Shown in pieces: positions 1-10,092 of a DNA stretch of 64,000 nt. The stretch spans positions 1-64,000 of the forward strand of contig JASFYO010000036.1 of the NCBI GenBank assembly GCA_045047305.1, in the 5' to 3' direction. The DNA is from Planctomycetota bacterium (GTDB lineage: Bacteria; Planctomycetota; UBA1135). The number at the start of each line of letters is the position of its first letter. The stretch's first letter is position 1. Both the position numbers and the translations under genes were made by a program. Under the pieces are notes generated by a model. It saw nothing but the letters and a program-made list of their open reading frames with translations, was not told where the DNA came from and did no database searches.

Positions 1-2
1 CG

Positions 3-779
3 GTGCACTGCAGCATCTAAACACAACGCGGTGTGCTGTAGGACATCGCCTTCGGGATGCCAACGCGGATCCTGAGGGACTCCGCGCAAGGCTGCTAACT
101 CAGGAAAGAAGCGCAAAGCGCCGCAAGCTTCCAGAGTGAGCAAAGCTTTGCCTGGAAAATCTCCCGCTAACAATTGCCGCCACTCAGCCTCGAAACGTTC
201 CCGTGGCAACTCATTTAGATCTAAGCTGCGGCAAAGTTTGGCGGTTTCAGGATGCACGTCCCAGCCATAGCGGGAGACAAATCGCCCAACCCGCATCACG
301 CGTAGTGGATCTTCGGCGAAGGCGTCGGAAACATGGCGCAGGAGGCCGCGGTCTAAATCAGCACGTCCGTTCCAAGGGTCCAACACCTCGCCGTTAAGTG
401 GGTCCTCCAGCATCGCATTGACGGTGAAATCGCGGCGCCGGCTGGCATCGCGCAGCGACAAGTTCGGATTGGCCGCGACTAAAAAGCCACGGTGCCCCGG
501 GCCGGTCTTCGATTCCGTGCGCGGCAAGGAGACTTCCGCATCCCCATTGCTAGTGCTGAGGTGCAAAACCGCAAAATGCTGCCCCACCAAATGCACCTTA
601 CCGAAGGTAGAAAGGAGCTCTTCCAGGGCGTCGGCCTCGATGCCATACACCTCGAGGTCCAAATCCTTGGCTTCGCGACCCAATAGGCGGTCACGCACCG
701 AGCCGCCAACGAGAAAACCTCGTCCGCCGGCATCGTGCACCGCTTGGCACAGTGAGGTCGCTAAAGGGTGGAGTTCCAT
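3..779 (-). CDS. cca: CCA tRNA nucleotidyltransferase / poly(A) polymerase family with start of HD domain (3'-partial, runs off window)
   Basis: Hand translation (absent from ORF track): MELHPLATSLC...FLVGGSVRDRLLGREAKDLDLEV...RRRDFTVNAM...FAEDPLRVMR...PQDPRWHPEGDVLQHT; class II nucleotidyltransferase motifs. Confidence 0.9.
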   Translation of the reverse strand, partial: MELHPLATSLCQAVHDAGGRGFLVGGSVRDRLLGREAKDLDLEVYGIEADALEELLSTFGKVHLVGQHFAVLHLSTSNGDAEVSLPRTESKTGPGHRGFLVAANPNLSLRDASRRRDFTVNAMLEDPLNGEVLDPWNGRADLDRGLLRHVSDAFAEDPLRVMRVGRFVSRYGWDVHPETAKLCRSLDLNELPRERFEAEWRQLLAGDFPGKALLTLEACGALRFFPELAALRGVPQDPRWHPEGDVLQHTALCLDAAVH

Positions 780-834
780 TCCTGACACTCAGAGTATCGG
801 AGTAAATTGCATGTTGATATATTTTAACCTAAGA

Positions 835-1713
835 ATGACCACCTCCCCCGCAATCCCTCCACCTGCTGACGCCTCTGCTGAGGACTTCGCGCAGCTACGG
901 ATGAATGCTGCACAAGCGGATCGGACGGTGCGCAGAGAGTTGCGCGGGCTGCATCCTTCCCTCTGGCGTATTTCAGCGCCAAGTGAGGCGGAACTCCACG
1001 CGCTGGAGAACAAGGCCGCATCCCGCCCGCCCGACAGTTTGAAGCTCGGTGACACCACCACCGTCTTCCGTGCCACCTTGGCCGACGGCACCCCTGTCAT
1101 CCTCAAACACTACCTCCCCACTAAGCGCTTTGAACTGCGTGATATTTTCGGCCGCAGCAAGGCCATGCGCAGTTTGCTTGCCGCCGAGGCCCTGCAGCAT
1201 CGTGGATTTGGAGTCGCCAAAGCTCTCGGCGCATGGTCGCGGTCCGGCAAGGGCTCGTATTTGCTGTTGGAGGACCTCGCCAGCCATCTTCCAGTGCAAA
1301 AAGCGATGCGCAAACTACGGGGCAAACAACGGGCCGCCATGCTCCACGCCGTAGCCGATGTCATCCGCCGCCTTCACCGCGCCGGTGTGGCCTACCGCGA
1401 CCTCAAGCCAAGCAATCTGTTGGTTGCTATGCCGGGAACACAATGCAGCGATTTTCGTTTTCTAGACCACGATCGCAACCGCTTCCGCACCGACGAAGTG
1501 CCCGAAGCTGTTGCCCTACGCGACCTTGCAGCCTTCCATGCAGGTTTGCCCGCGGCCGTCCGCGCAAGTGAACGTATGGCAGCCATGATGGTTTATGCGC
1601 CAGACATTCATCAGCGGGAGACCTGGAAACGCATGATCCCACCCATCCTGCACCAAGCTGCCACGCGCCAACATCATTGGATTGCACGAAACTTGCTTGG
1701 CGGTTCCAAGTGA
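835..1713 (+). CDS. Lipopolysaccharide kinase (Kdo/WaaP/InaA)-like phosphotransferase
   Basis: VILKHY, catalytic loop AYRDLKPSNLLV, FLDHD, RDLA; start moved to ATG 835 because the upstream part of the track ORF overlaps cca. Confidence 0.7.
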   Translation: MTTSPAIPPPADASAEDFAQLRMNAAQADRTVRRELRGLHPSLWRISAPSEAELHALENKAASRPPDSLKLGDTTTVFRATLADGTPVILKHYLPTKRFELRDIFGRSKAMRSLLAAEALQHRGFGVAKALGAWSRSGKGSYLLLEDLASHLPVQKAMRKLRGKQRAAMLHAVADVIRRLHRAGVAYRDLKPSNLLVAMPGTQCSDFRFLDHDRNRFRTDEVPEAVALRDLAAFHAGLPAAVRASERMAAMMVYAPDIHQRETWKRMIPPILHQAATRQHHWIARNLLGGSK

Positions 1714-1775
1714 GAGAGTCGGTAACTGCTTAGCCGCAGCTTGTGTTCCAGAATCCGCCCCACTAACGTCCTTCT

Positions 1776-2642
1776 ATGGAACATTTACCACGCCTGCTCA
1801 TCAAGCTGAGCATTGCCGGTCTAGGACTGGCTCTTATGCCCTCTTGCGCACTCTCAATCCCAGGCGATGCAGCGTGGAGCGATTTACACGCAAATGGGTT
1901 CGCCGCCGTATATCCAGTCAACCTAGATGCCAACATCCGCGACGTGGTAGTGAACGATGGCTCCGGCGTTGCCTTTCAAGGCAACATCGATGTGGCCTCC
2001 AACCGCGAAACGGTGTTCTTTTATGGTGCGCGCGGCGGCTTCGCTCCCTTCGAAGTCATTGTGAACAAATTTGGCTACGACGGCACCAGCTCCGGCTTGG
2101 CTAAAGGTGGCGCGACCTTCCTCGGCGTCACCCTTCCCGCCACAGAAACACTCGCCGCTGATGTGAATCTCGATATGAGCCTTACCAAGCTGATGATTGG
2201 TATCGATGTCATTAACACTCCGGTTGCCCGTGCAGGATTTCTAATTGGTGTCGACTTCTTTGAGTTCAATCGTTTCTCCGCTACCGCTGCGGAGACTAAA
2301 ACAATTCTTGGGGTCGATGTCATCAGCCAAGGTGATTCGCAACTCTTTCTCTCCAACGAGAGCGCCCCGGTTCCAATCTTTGGAGCACGCGGCGATTTTC
2401 AACTTCCATTCGGCGTTCGCCTAGGAGCAGAAGTGACCGGAATTTCCGCCAATGTCGACCAAGCAGACATCTCGCTGCTCGACATCGAAGTCAATGCCAA
2501 CTATGAGCCGTGGGATAATGTCGAAGTTGTCCTCGGTTATCGGTCCATTGACATGAAGGTTGCAGGCGCCATTTCCGGTACGCAACTCGATGCGGACATC
2601 AAACTCAGTGGCCCGTTCTTTGGCGTCTCGCTTTACTTTTAG
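1776..2642 (+). CDS. Putative outer-membrane beta-barrel (lipo)protein
   Basis: Signal peptide ending LMPSC, alternating amphipathic strands, C-terminal GPFFGVSLYF beta-signal. Confidence 0.65.
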   Translation: MEHLPRLLIKLSIAGLGLALMPSCALSIPGDAAWSDLHANGFAAVYPVNLDANIRDVVVNDGSGVAFQGNIDVASNRETVFFYGARGGFAPFEVIVNKFGYDGTSSGLAKGGATFLGVTLPATETLAADVNLDMSLTKLMIGIDVINTPVARAGFLIGVDFFEFNRFSATAAETKTILGVDVISQGDSQLFLSNESAPVPIFGARGDFQLPFGVRLGAEVTGISANVDQADISLLDIEVNANYEPWDNVEVVLGYRSIDMKVAGAISGTQLDADIKLSGPFFGVSLYF

Positions 2643-2665
2643 CCAACCAATATTTAGGACTCCTT

Positions 2666-5113
2666 GTGCCTCGTAAATATTCACTCGCGCTTATATTCAT
2701 CCTGCTTGGTGGCACAACCTCCCTCTTCGCCCTTCTTCAGACTCCGGACGAAGTTGCGGAGGAAGCTGCCGAGTCTTTTTTGCTGCATGTGTTAGATGAC
2801 CGAACCGGTAATCCGGTTCCATTTGCAACCGTTTACCTGTTTGACGCTCAGCAGCACGATACCTACCTTTGGCCACAGCCCAAAGATGCGGATTACGACC
2901 TGCAACATATGTTTGAGCGCCATGGGGTGGCCTATCCCACCAATGAGTTGGGCCAGGTACAGGCGCCTCGCCCAACCCACGGACTGGCCATGTTGGCTGC
3001 GAGTAAAGGCCAGATGTTCGGCCGTATTTGGACGGTCCGAGAAAACGGCGACACCGAAATCCGACTCCTAGCCAACCATGTATTCCGCGTGCACTTGGTC
3101 GATACCGAGGACCGCCCCATCGCAAATCGAAAGGTCAGCCTCTCGCATGGTTTCATGTCGATGGTGGACCTACCCTTTTTGACCGCGACTACCGATCAAG
3201 ATGGCCTTGCCATTCTGCGCTGGAACGAACAGCAAACAATCCTCCAAGGGAATCCATCCATGCGTTTACACCCTTGGATTTTGGGCGGCCCCGAAGTGAG
3301 CATAGAAGTCGATTCGAAAAAACCGCCCGCTGAGACTCTGCAACTGGTCCTTCCGCCATGCGCTGACCTCCGCGTAAATTTACTGGATAGCGCAGGGCAA
3401 CCCTTGCTCACTCCGGTTCTAGTTCAGCTGGACATTTTGCACAAAGGAACCGGGACCAAGCTTGACCAAGCCTCGGTGATGACAGAACAGGGTATCGCAA
3501 CTTTTGCCCAGGTGGTTCAGGGACGGAAATTGGTTTTGACCTGCTCGGACCGCGAGTCAGGTTCGGAAGCTAGGCATGAGATTCCAAATTTTGCTGCCAC
3601 AGGAACAGCTACCGATGCCTCGCTGCGCTTGGTTCAAACTTCGGCAGTTCTCACTGGCATCCTCCTCGGCCAAAACCAACAGCCCCTGCTCAACCAAAAA
3701 TTCGCCTTTAATCTTTTGCAGCAAGATGGACCTCGCCATAGCGTTCATCGAGGACGTCTACTTACCGACGCAGAAGGGCGCTTCCGCTTTTCCTTTAAGC
3801 CGATGGACCTAGGGGACGCAACAGAACGCAATCTCATCATTCAACAAAGGGATTCAGAGTCCAAGCCTGCAGATGAAATTCGGCTCCAACTGGGTGCCGT
3901 CAGCACTGCGGGAGAAATCGACTTAGGCTCCTTGACCCTGCAACCAGCCTCCATCGTTGCACAGGGGCGAGTTCTAGATGCAAACGGCAATGGAGTTGCG
4001 GAAGCGAAGATCTATGTAGAAAGAGCCTTTGCAGCGACGGGATCCACGACGAAAGTTTGGCACCGTGACCCGCTACTGAAGACAAAAAGCACCGAGGATG
4101 GCTCCTATCAAGTCATTGGGGTGCTGGATGCGGCCGATTCTCGCTTGGTGGTCGAAGCGGATGGATTCCCTCAAACCACCACCGTGCTTCGCAGCGCGCA
4201 GAGGCACTACGACCTCCACTTGGTGCCTTCCCAGTGGTTAAAGCTCCAGCTTCTGCTCGATCCCGAAATCGATCAGGATGCCGTCTCGGTTGTTTTTCAG
4301 ATATACCCAACCCATGGCCCAGGCCCCCGCAACCGGCAAATACGTCTGATGGCGAAATCCCTTGGTGACGGCCTATTTCAAGTTCCCGACCCACCTCTTG
4401 GGTATGGGAGTTTCGTGGTGGCATGCAGCAAAACCGGGAGCCAACTTGCACGCGTCGATGGCCTTGTCCTCGAACCCAATTCGCCTTTGGAGGATGCACA
4501 ACTCGACCTGCGTGGAAAGCTGCATCAGTTCACGATTCGGCCGGTGAAGCCAGACCAAACGCCTATCTCTGGCTTTCAGATTGCCTTCCCAGCTACCCAG
4601 CGAGCAAGAAGTTGGGCTTATGAGGATTCCATCCAAGTCACCACCACGGATCCTTCACCCAATTTCTTGGTTTCCTCCAAAGACACCAGGACCGTACTCA
4701 TCCGTAATTGCCAAGGACAACAAAACGTGGTTCTAGGGAGCCCTTTTCCCATTCAACTTTCCCTATCCAGTCCTCTGGACTTACCGCAAGACTTCTACCT
4801 AGCAGCCCATCTAACTAGCACGGATCCCGCATACCAGGACCCTTTCCTTCTGGGGCGAAAGCGGATTGAGTTTAAGCAGAATGCCAACGTCGAGATCACT
4901 CTTGATCGCTATGGATACTTCCAAGTGCGCTATTACTTATATGGCCCAGTCGGCAAAAAGGGCCAGATACAAAATGCTGGCATCATGACCAAAGTGGATG
5001 CGGCCAAATCGTTTATCCAGGTCGAAGATGCTTCGGGAAAGCAGAGCTTCCTGTTAACGGTGGACCCGGAAGGCTTGCAACTGGCTCTAGAAAGCCTGAA
5101 GCGCCGCAAGTAG
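2666..5113 (+). CDS. Membrane-anchored carboxypeptidase-regulatory-like (beta-sandwich repeat) protein
   Basis: N-terminal TM; repeats such as VLDDRTGNPVPFA, TTDQDGLA, GRVLDANGNGVAEA, TDAEGRF. Confidence 0.7.
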   Translation: MPRKYSLALIFILLGGTTSLFALLQTPDEVAEEAAESFLLHVLDDRTGNPVPFATVYLFDAQQHDTYLWPQPKDADYDLQHMFERHGVAYPTNELGQVQAPRPTHGLAMLAASKGQMFGRIWTVRENGDTEIRLLANHVFRVHLVDTEDRPIANRKVSLSHGFMSMVDLPFLTATTDQDGLAILRWNEQQTILQGNPSMRLHPWILGGPEVSIEVDSKKPPAETLQLVLPPCADLRVNLLDSAGQPLLTPVLVQLDILHKGTGTKLDQASVMTEQGIATFAQVVQGRKLVLTCSDRESGSEARHEIPNFAATGTATDASLRLVQTSAVLTGILLGQNQQPLLNQKFAFNLLQQDGPRHSVHRGRLLTDAEGRFRFSFKPMDLGDATERNLIIQQRDSESKPADEIRLQLGAVSTAGEIDLGSLTLQPASIVAQGRVLDANGNGVAEAKIYVERAFAATGSTTKVWHRDPLLKTKSTEDGSYQVIGVLDAADSRLVVEADGFPQTTTVLRSAQRHYDLHLVPSQWLKLQLLLDPEIDQDAVSVVFQIYPTHGPGPRNRQIRLMAKSLGDGLFQVPDPPLGYGSFVVACSKTGSQLARVDGLVLEPNSPLEDAQLDLRGKLHQFTIRPVKPDQTPISGFQIAFPATQRARSWAYEDSIQVTTTDPSPNFLVSSKDTRTVLIRNCQGQQNVVLGSPFPIQLSLSSPLDLPQDFYLAAHLTSTDPAYQDPFLLGRKRIEFKQNANVEITLDRYGYFQVRYYLYGPVGKKGQIQNAGIMTKVDAAKSFIQVEDASGKQSFLLTVDPEGLQLALESLKRRK

Positions 5114-5131
5114 TCGAACTACTTACGGCGC
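5101..5131. terminator. Hairpin between convergent genes (likely bidirectional terminator)
   Basis: GCGCCG-C-AAGTAGT-CGA-ACTACTT-A-CGGCGC inverted repeat; no strong U-tract. Confidence 0.55.
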
Positions 5132-5150
5132 TTGGAACAGAGAACCTGGC

Positions 5151-5720
5151 CTACAGGTTTGAAGCTACGAAGTCCCAGTTAATGAGACTCTCGAAGAAAG
5201 TTGCGAGGTACTTCGGACGCGCGTTGCGGAAATCGATGTAGTAAGCGTGCTCCCAGACGTCGCAGGTCATGAGAGGCTTCTTGCCGTCGGTCATCGGATT
5301 GCCAGCATTGCCGGTGGTGCAGATTTCCAGCTTGCCGCCGTTGTCGACCAACCATGCCCAACCGGAGCCGAATTGGCCCATAGCTGCGGCGATGAACTGG
5401 CTGACGAAATCCTCAACCGAACCGAAATCGCGGGCCAGGGCGTCGGCCAGAGCGCCACTTGGGGCTCCTCCGCCATTTGGCTTCATGCACTTCCAGTAGA
5501 AGCTGTGATTCCAAACTTGAGCGGCTTGGTTGAACACACCGCCATCTGCGGTCTTTACCAACTCATCTAGGCTCTTGGAGCTGTCGCCGCCGAGCAATTC
5601 GTTGAGTTTGCTCACGTAAGCGTTATGGTGCTTGCCGTGGTGAAATTCGAGAGTCTCGGCGCTGATATGCGGAGCGAGATCGGAGATGCCATAAGGCAGA
5701 TCTGGTAGTTCGTAAGTCAT
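5151..5720 (-). CDS. sodB: Superoxide dismutase, probably Fe-type
   Basis: MTYELPDLPY, HHGKHH, AAQVWNHSFYW, FGSGWAWL, DVWEHAYY. Confidence 0.93.
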   Translation of the reverse strand: MTYELPDLPYGISDLAPHISAETLEFHHGKHHNAYVSKLNELLGGDSSKSLDELVKTADGGVFNQAAQVWNHSFYWKCMKPNGGGAPSGALADALARDFGSVEDFVSQFIAAAMGQFGSGWAWLVDNGGKLEICTTGNAGNPMTDGKKPLMTCDVWEHAYYIDFRNARPKYLATFFESLINWDFVASNL

Positions 5721-5825
5721 GGTCTTATCAGGCCGGCGGAATGAAGCCGGGGCCATACGATATCAGGACTTTTCCATACGAATTCGTAGAGATTATCGAC
5801 CTCCCGGCCTGCTAAATTCTCCATC

Positions 5826-7598
5826 GTGCGACGCCCGGCCCTCACCCGGACTCTTCTTATAGTCCTCCTCCTCGACCTGATGCTGCAAGGCTTCGGGCTG
5901 TGGCGCTCCGTTGGTGTGAACCCCTCCCTGCTCAATCTTGCCGGCGATGCTGAGGAATACTGGAATCTAGCCGGAGAAATTGCCGCCGGCCACCTAGTTG
6001 CAGAAACACCTTTTCTCTCTGCCCCGCTCTACCCCTATTTCGTCGGCCTGGCACGTGCGCTTGGCGGCGGCCTAGTTAGCGTATTCGTCCTGCAACTGGT
6101 TATGCGTAGCCTGACAGCGTGGTTGCTGGCTAAAAGCGCCAACCGTTTGTTTGGCCACCTTGGTTTTGGACTCGCCACGGCCATCACTTTCCTGTGGCTG
6201 CAGGAACCTGCCTACTACGCGGTGCGCTTGTTGAACTCCTCTTTGCAACTGCTCACATTAAGCGCCTTGGTTTATGCATGTATTGCATGGCGCGACGCAT
6301 GGACCAACAAACGCCTCGGCGGACTTGGAGGCTTACTTGGAATCTCGATTTTGTCGAACCCAGGACTGCTGATTACCTTGCCTTTCTTCGCATGGTGGCT
6401 GGGCGTGCGGCCACAGCAATGGAAGCAGACTGGCTTGGCCATAGGCACTGCCTTGTTGTGCCTACTTCCGGCAACGATACATAATGCCCTGGCGACTTCA
6501 GGAAGCGAAGGAGGCACGGAGTTCATCCTTTTAAGCGCACAAGCAGGAGTCACCTTCTCCCACGGCAACTCCGCTGGTGCAGTTGGCACCTATAAGCCTT
6601 TGGATGGTGTCAGCATGAATCGCGCGGAGCAAAATGCCGATGCCTACCGCGTGGCTGCAGAGGCTACTGGCGACCCGGGCTGGGCCAAGACATCCAGCTA
6701 CTTTTTCCACCAAGGATTGGACTACCTCCTTGCCAATCCCGTCGACGCCATCGCATTAGAATTTGCCAAGCTTCGATGGTTTTTTTGCGGCCGCAACTAC
6801 GGCGACCTCTATCAAATAAACTTAGAGAACGCCGACCCTGAATGGCCGCGTCAAGTCCCTCTTCCCGGCGGACTGCTCGAACTCGGATGGATTCTGCCCG
6901 CTGCCTTCTTCGGCCTAGTCCTCCTCATCCGCCGCGACCGCAAACACGCAATCCCTATCGCAGCCCTCCTCTTAGGCACCTTGTTTGTCGTGGTGGTGTT
7001 CTGGTACTCCCCGCGATACCGTCTGCCAGCCGCCCCTTTGGCCGCCTTACTTGCCCCTTGGGCCATATTCGAAGCCGCGCGCTTACTTAAACACCAAGGT
7101 AACTGGATGCTGATGGCCACATTGGCCTTCCTGCCGGGAGCTATACTCGAAGGCTGGTCACGCAGTACCGATTTTGACCCCTTAGACGATGTCCGTGCGC
7201 AGTATGATTTACACATCGGACTGCAGCGCATGAATAGCAAAGACTTCCTGCACGCACGCCCACGTTTAGAATCCGCGTTAGCCGGCGGAGTGGTGCGCGC
7301 CGACGTCCACAGTGGCATTGCAGAGTGCATGGTGCAAGAAGGTAGCGCCTTAGATCAACTTGGTAAACGCGCAGAAGCCGATGCGCTCTATCTCCAAGCA
7401 ATCGAACATTACCGCAGTGCGGTACGCCTCAACCCAAGCCGACTCGATGCCGGGTTCAGCTTAGGCAGTGTGCTTTTCTTCATGCAGCAAAAGGAAGAAG
7501 CGCGCACCGTTTTGCAATCCACTTTGGTGGAAGCAGAACTTCAAAACAACTCCGAGATGGTGGCGCGTTTGCGTCAGATGCTCGCGCAAATCAAGTAG
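5826..7598 (+). CDS. GT-C fold (family 39/PMT-like) glycosyltransferase with C-terminal TPR region
   Basis: D..EY early loop, PLYPYF, many TM helices, RYRLP motif, TPR-like helical C-terminus. Confidence 0.7.
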   Translation: MRRPALTRTLLIVLLLDLMLQGFGLWRSVGVNPSLLNLAGDAEEYWNLAGEIAAGHLVAETPFLSAPLYPYFVGLARALGGGLVSVFVLQLVMRSLTAWLLAKSANRLFGHLGFGLATAITFLWLQEPAYYAVRLLNSSLQLLTLSALVYACIAWRDAWTNKRLGGLGGLLGISILSNPGLLITLPFFAWWLGVRPQQWKQTGLAIGTALLCLLPATIHNALATSGSEGGTEFILLSAQAGVTFSHGNSAGAVGTYKPLDGVSMNRAEQNADAYRVAAEATGDPGWAKTSSYFFHQGLDYLLANPVDAIALEFAKLRWFFCGRNYGDLYQINLENADPEWPRQVPLPGGLLELGWILPAAFFGLVLLIRRDRKHAIPIAALLLGTLFVVVVFWYSPRYRLPAAPLAALLAPWAIFEAARLLKHQGNWMLMATLAFLPGAILEGWSRSTDFDPLDDVRAQYDLHIGLQRMNSKDFLHARPRLESALAGGVVRADVHSGIAECMVQEGSALDQLGKRAEADALYLQAIEHYRSAVRLNPSRLDAGFSLGSVLFFMQQKEEARTVLQSTLVEAELQNNSEMVARLRQMLAQIK

Positions 7599-7612
7599 AA
7601 CGTTTTTCCTCG

Positions 7613-10051
7613 ATGGCAAACCCTAAATCCAATTCCAAGACCTCCTCCCGCCGCAGCGCACGTCGCATAAGCCCAAAGGAGCTACGCTGGACTTGCCCGA
7701 GTACCTGGATTCCAGCTGCGCCAAAACGCGTAGTCACCCGTTCCATCACCGATCGCCTAATCGGCCAAGAACGTGCGCTAGAAGCCATTCAAATGGGATT
7801 GGCAGTCGATGCCCCTGGCTATAACGTCTTTGTTTGCGGCCTCGGCGGCACCGACCGCGCAGAAGTCATCCAAGAGCTGTTGGAGCAAAAGAACCTTGAT
7901 TGCGGAGCACCCGTGGACCACGTCTTTGTGCACCACTTTGAAGACCCGATGTCGCCGCGCCATTTATGCTTTGAACAAGGCGGTGGTGCTGCTTTGGCAG
8001 AAGGCATGGGGCGCTGGGTGCACGCCCTCTCCACTGAAATTCCAAAACTACTAAAAGATGAACGTCATGTGGCGCGGCGTTCACGTTTGTTCGCGCGTTA
8101 CCAGAAAGCGGAGCAACAGTTACTGAAGCGCCTTCAAACCAAATTGCGCAAGGTGGATTTGGCTTTGGTTTCGGTGGAGCAAGAAAGCGGGACCTTACGC
8201 GACATTTACTTTCGGGTGGAGGAGGAAATCGTCTCTCCAGAGGAAATTAGCGCTATGCCGAAGGGCAAACGTCCGGCGGCAAAAAAGCTCGACGCGCTAC
8301 GCAAATCGCGCGAGACATTCATGCCCCAGATCGATGAGGTGCGCAAAAAGTCCCGCGCACTAGGATTACGTTTGCTGCGCGAATCCAGCTCGCTCGACGA
8401 ACAGGTGGTGCAAGAGGCTGTCGAGGGGCTTACTTTGGCCCTAGCAGAAGAACTCGATGCGGATTTGAAGCTTGCCGCATGGCTGGGCGACTGTGCGCAC
8501 TTCGCGCTGAACCACACCGACCTCTTTCTCGGCAGTGAGGAGGAGGAAGAGGAGAGCAAAAAGAACCAACGCGGCTTGGAGGTCTTCCAAGTCAATGTCG
8601 TGCGCACCATGCGCGAAGAAAAATGCCCGATCATTTTCGAACCGCACCCCAACTACTCGAATCTGTTTGGCACGGTCGAGCGTTCGCGGATGCAAAACGG
8701 CCCTGGGCATGTGCACTTAGCGGTACGGCCGGGTTCGATCCTTTCTGCCGATGGCGGATTTCTCATCCTCGATGCGCGCGACATCTTCAAGGAAGCCGAG
8801 GTTTGGCGCGCCCTAAAACGAACTCTGCAAGCAGGTGATTTGGCGGTACATGCTCTAGAGAGCCTATCTCCATTAGGCATTACTGGCGCGCGCCCGCAAT
8901 CCGTGAAGATTGATTTGAAGGTCATCTTAGTTGGCGACAGCGGGCTGTTCGAAGCGCTGCATGATGACGACTACGATTTCCCCAATATCTTCAAGGTCAA
9001 AGCCGAGTTCGACGACAGCCTCCCGCTGACCCGTCGCAATGTGGAATTGCTTTGCCGCTCCCTGCGCGACATTGCGCACAAGGAGAATTTATTGCCCTTG
9101 GCCAAATCGGGTTTACGCGCCATGGTCGAACGCGCTGTACGCGATGGTGGACGTCGCGGGCGCATTTCCTCGCGTTTACCTTTACTCTCGGACTACCTTC
9201 GTGAAGCCTCCTATCAGGCAAAGAAACAAGGCAAGCGCAGCATCTCCGGTGACGCCGTTGAGGAAGCACGTCAGCTGTACCGCGACCAGCATGCCGCCGA
9301 TGCCGAGTGGTATCAACGTCACCTTCTGGAAGGTATTTACCGTATCGACACCGATGGCTGGGAGGTGGGATCCATCAATGCTCTTACCGTTGTCACCCTC
9401 GGCCCTCTAGGATTCGGACGCCCCGCGCGCATTTCCGCGATGATTGCCCCGGGCGACGAGTCCTACACCAACCTTGACCGCGAAGTCGACCTCGCCGGTA
9501 GCATCCACAACAAGGGCATGCTGATGGTGGAGAACTTCATGCGCTACCGCTTTGGGCAGAAAAAGAGTGTTCCCGCACGCATGAGCCTGGTGTTTGACCA
9601 AAACTACGGCCCCATCGATGGCGATTCCGCATCTGGCGCCGAACTTTACGCCTTGCTCTCGGCACTCTCTAATATGCCGCTGCGCCAAGACCTCGCGGTT
9701 ACCGGTGCTCTCAGCATGCGTGGCGAGATGCTCGCGATTGGTGGTGTGAATGAAAAGATTGAAGGTTTCTACGACCTGTGCTTGGCCCGCGGACTCACTG
9801 GCAAGCAGGGCATCGTGTTGCCTTCGATTGTGGTCGGCGACCTCATGCTTCCACAGAACATTGTCGACGCCATTCGGGAGCGAAAGTTCCACATTTACGC
9901 CGCTGATAACGTCGAGCAAGCGGTGAGTTGCTTATTCGACCGTCCTCACCGCGAGGTCTTTGCGGCCGTGGAAAAGCGTCTCGAGGAGCTCGATCAGGAC
10001 TCGAAAGATGATTCCAAAGACGATTCCAAAGAGGCCCGGAAGTCCAACTGA
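7613..10051 (+). CDS. Lon-family (LonC-like) protease
   Basis: IGQERA, PNYSNLFG, GPIDGDSAS (Ser), AIGGVNEKIEGF (Lys); Walker A degenerate (GLGGTDR). Confidence 0.88.
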   Translation: MANPKSNSKTSSRRSARRISPKELRWTCPSTWIPAAPKRVVTRSITDRLIGQERALEAIQMGLAVDAPGYNVFVCGLGGTDRAEVIQELLEQKNLDCGAPVDHVFVHHFEDPMSPRHLCFEQGGGAALAEGMGRWVHALSTEIPKLLKDERHVARRSRLFARYQKAEQQLLKRLQTKLRKVDLALVSVEQESGTLRDIYFRVEEEIVSPEEISAMPKGKRPAAKKLDALRKSRETFMPQIDEVRKKSRALGLRLLRESSSLDEQVVQEAVEGLTLALAEELDADLKLAAWLGDCAHFALNHTDLFLGSEEEEEESKKNQRGLEVFQVNVVRTMREEKCPIIFEPHPNYSNLFGTVERSRMQNGPGHVHLAVRPGSILSADGGFLILDARDIFKEAEVWRALKRTLQAGDLAVHALESLSPLGITGARPQSVKIDLKVILVGDSGLFEALHDDDYDFPNIFKVKAEFDDSLPLTRRNVELLCRSLRDIAHKENLLPLAKSGLRAMVERAVRDGGRRGRISSRLPLLSDYLREASYQAKKQGKRSISGDAVEEARQLYRDQHAADAEWYQRHLLEGIYRIDTDGWEVGSINALTVVTLGPLGFGRPARISAMIAPGDESYTNLDREVDLAGSIHNKGMLMVENFMRYRFGQKKSVPARMSLVFDQNYGPIDGDSASGAELYALLSALSNMPLRQDLAVTGALSMRGEMLAIGGVNEKIEGFYDLCLARGLTGKQGIVLPSIVVGDLMLPQNIVDAIRERKFHIYAADNVEQAVSCLFDRPHREVFAAVEKRLEELDQDSKDDSKDDSKEARKSN

Positions 10052-10092
10052 TAAACTAAGGGCTTCCCCGGCAGCAGCCATTCCTGCTCATC

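Noticed and set aside
418..834. N-terminal extension of the 431-aa kinase ORF
   Set aside because: Antisense to the clearly coding cca gene and not protein-like; start reassigned to 835
9998..10033. Short 12-nt-period repeat
   Set aside because: Encodes a low-complexity DSKD tail; no spacers, not CRISPR-like
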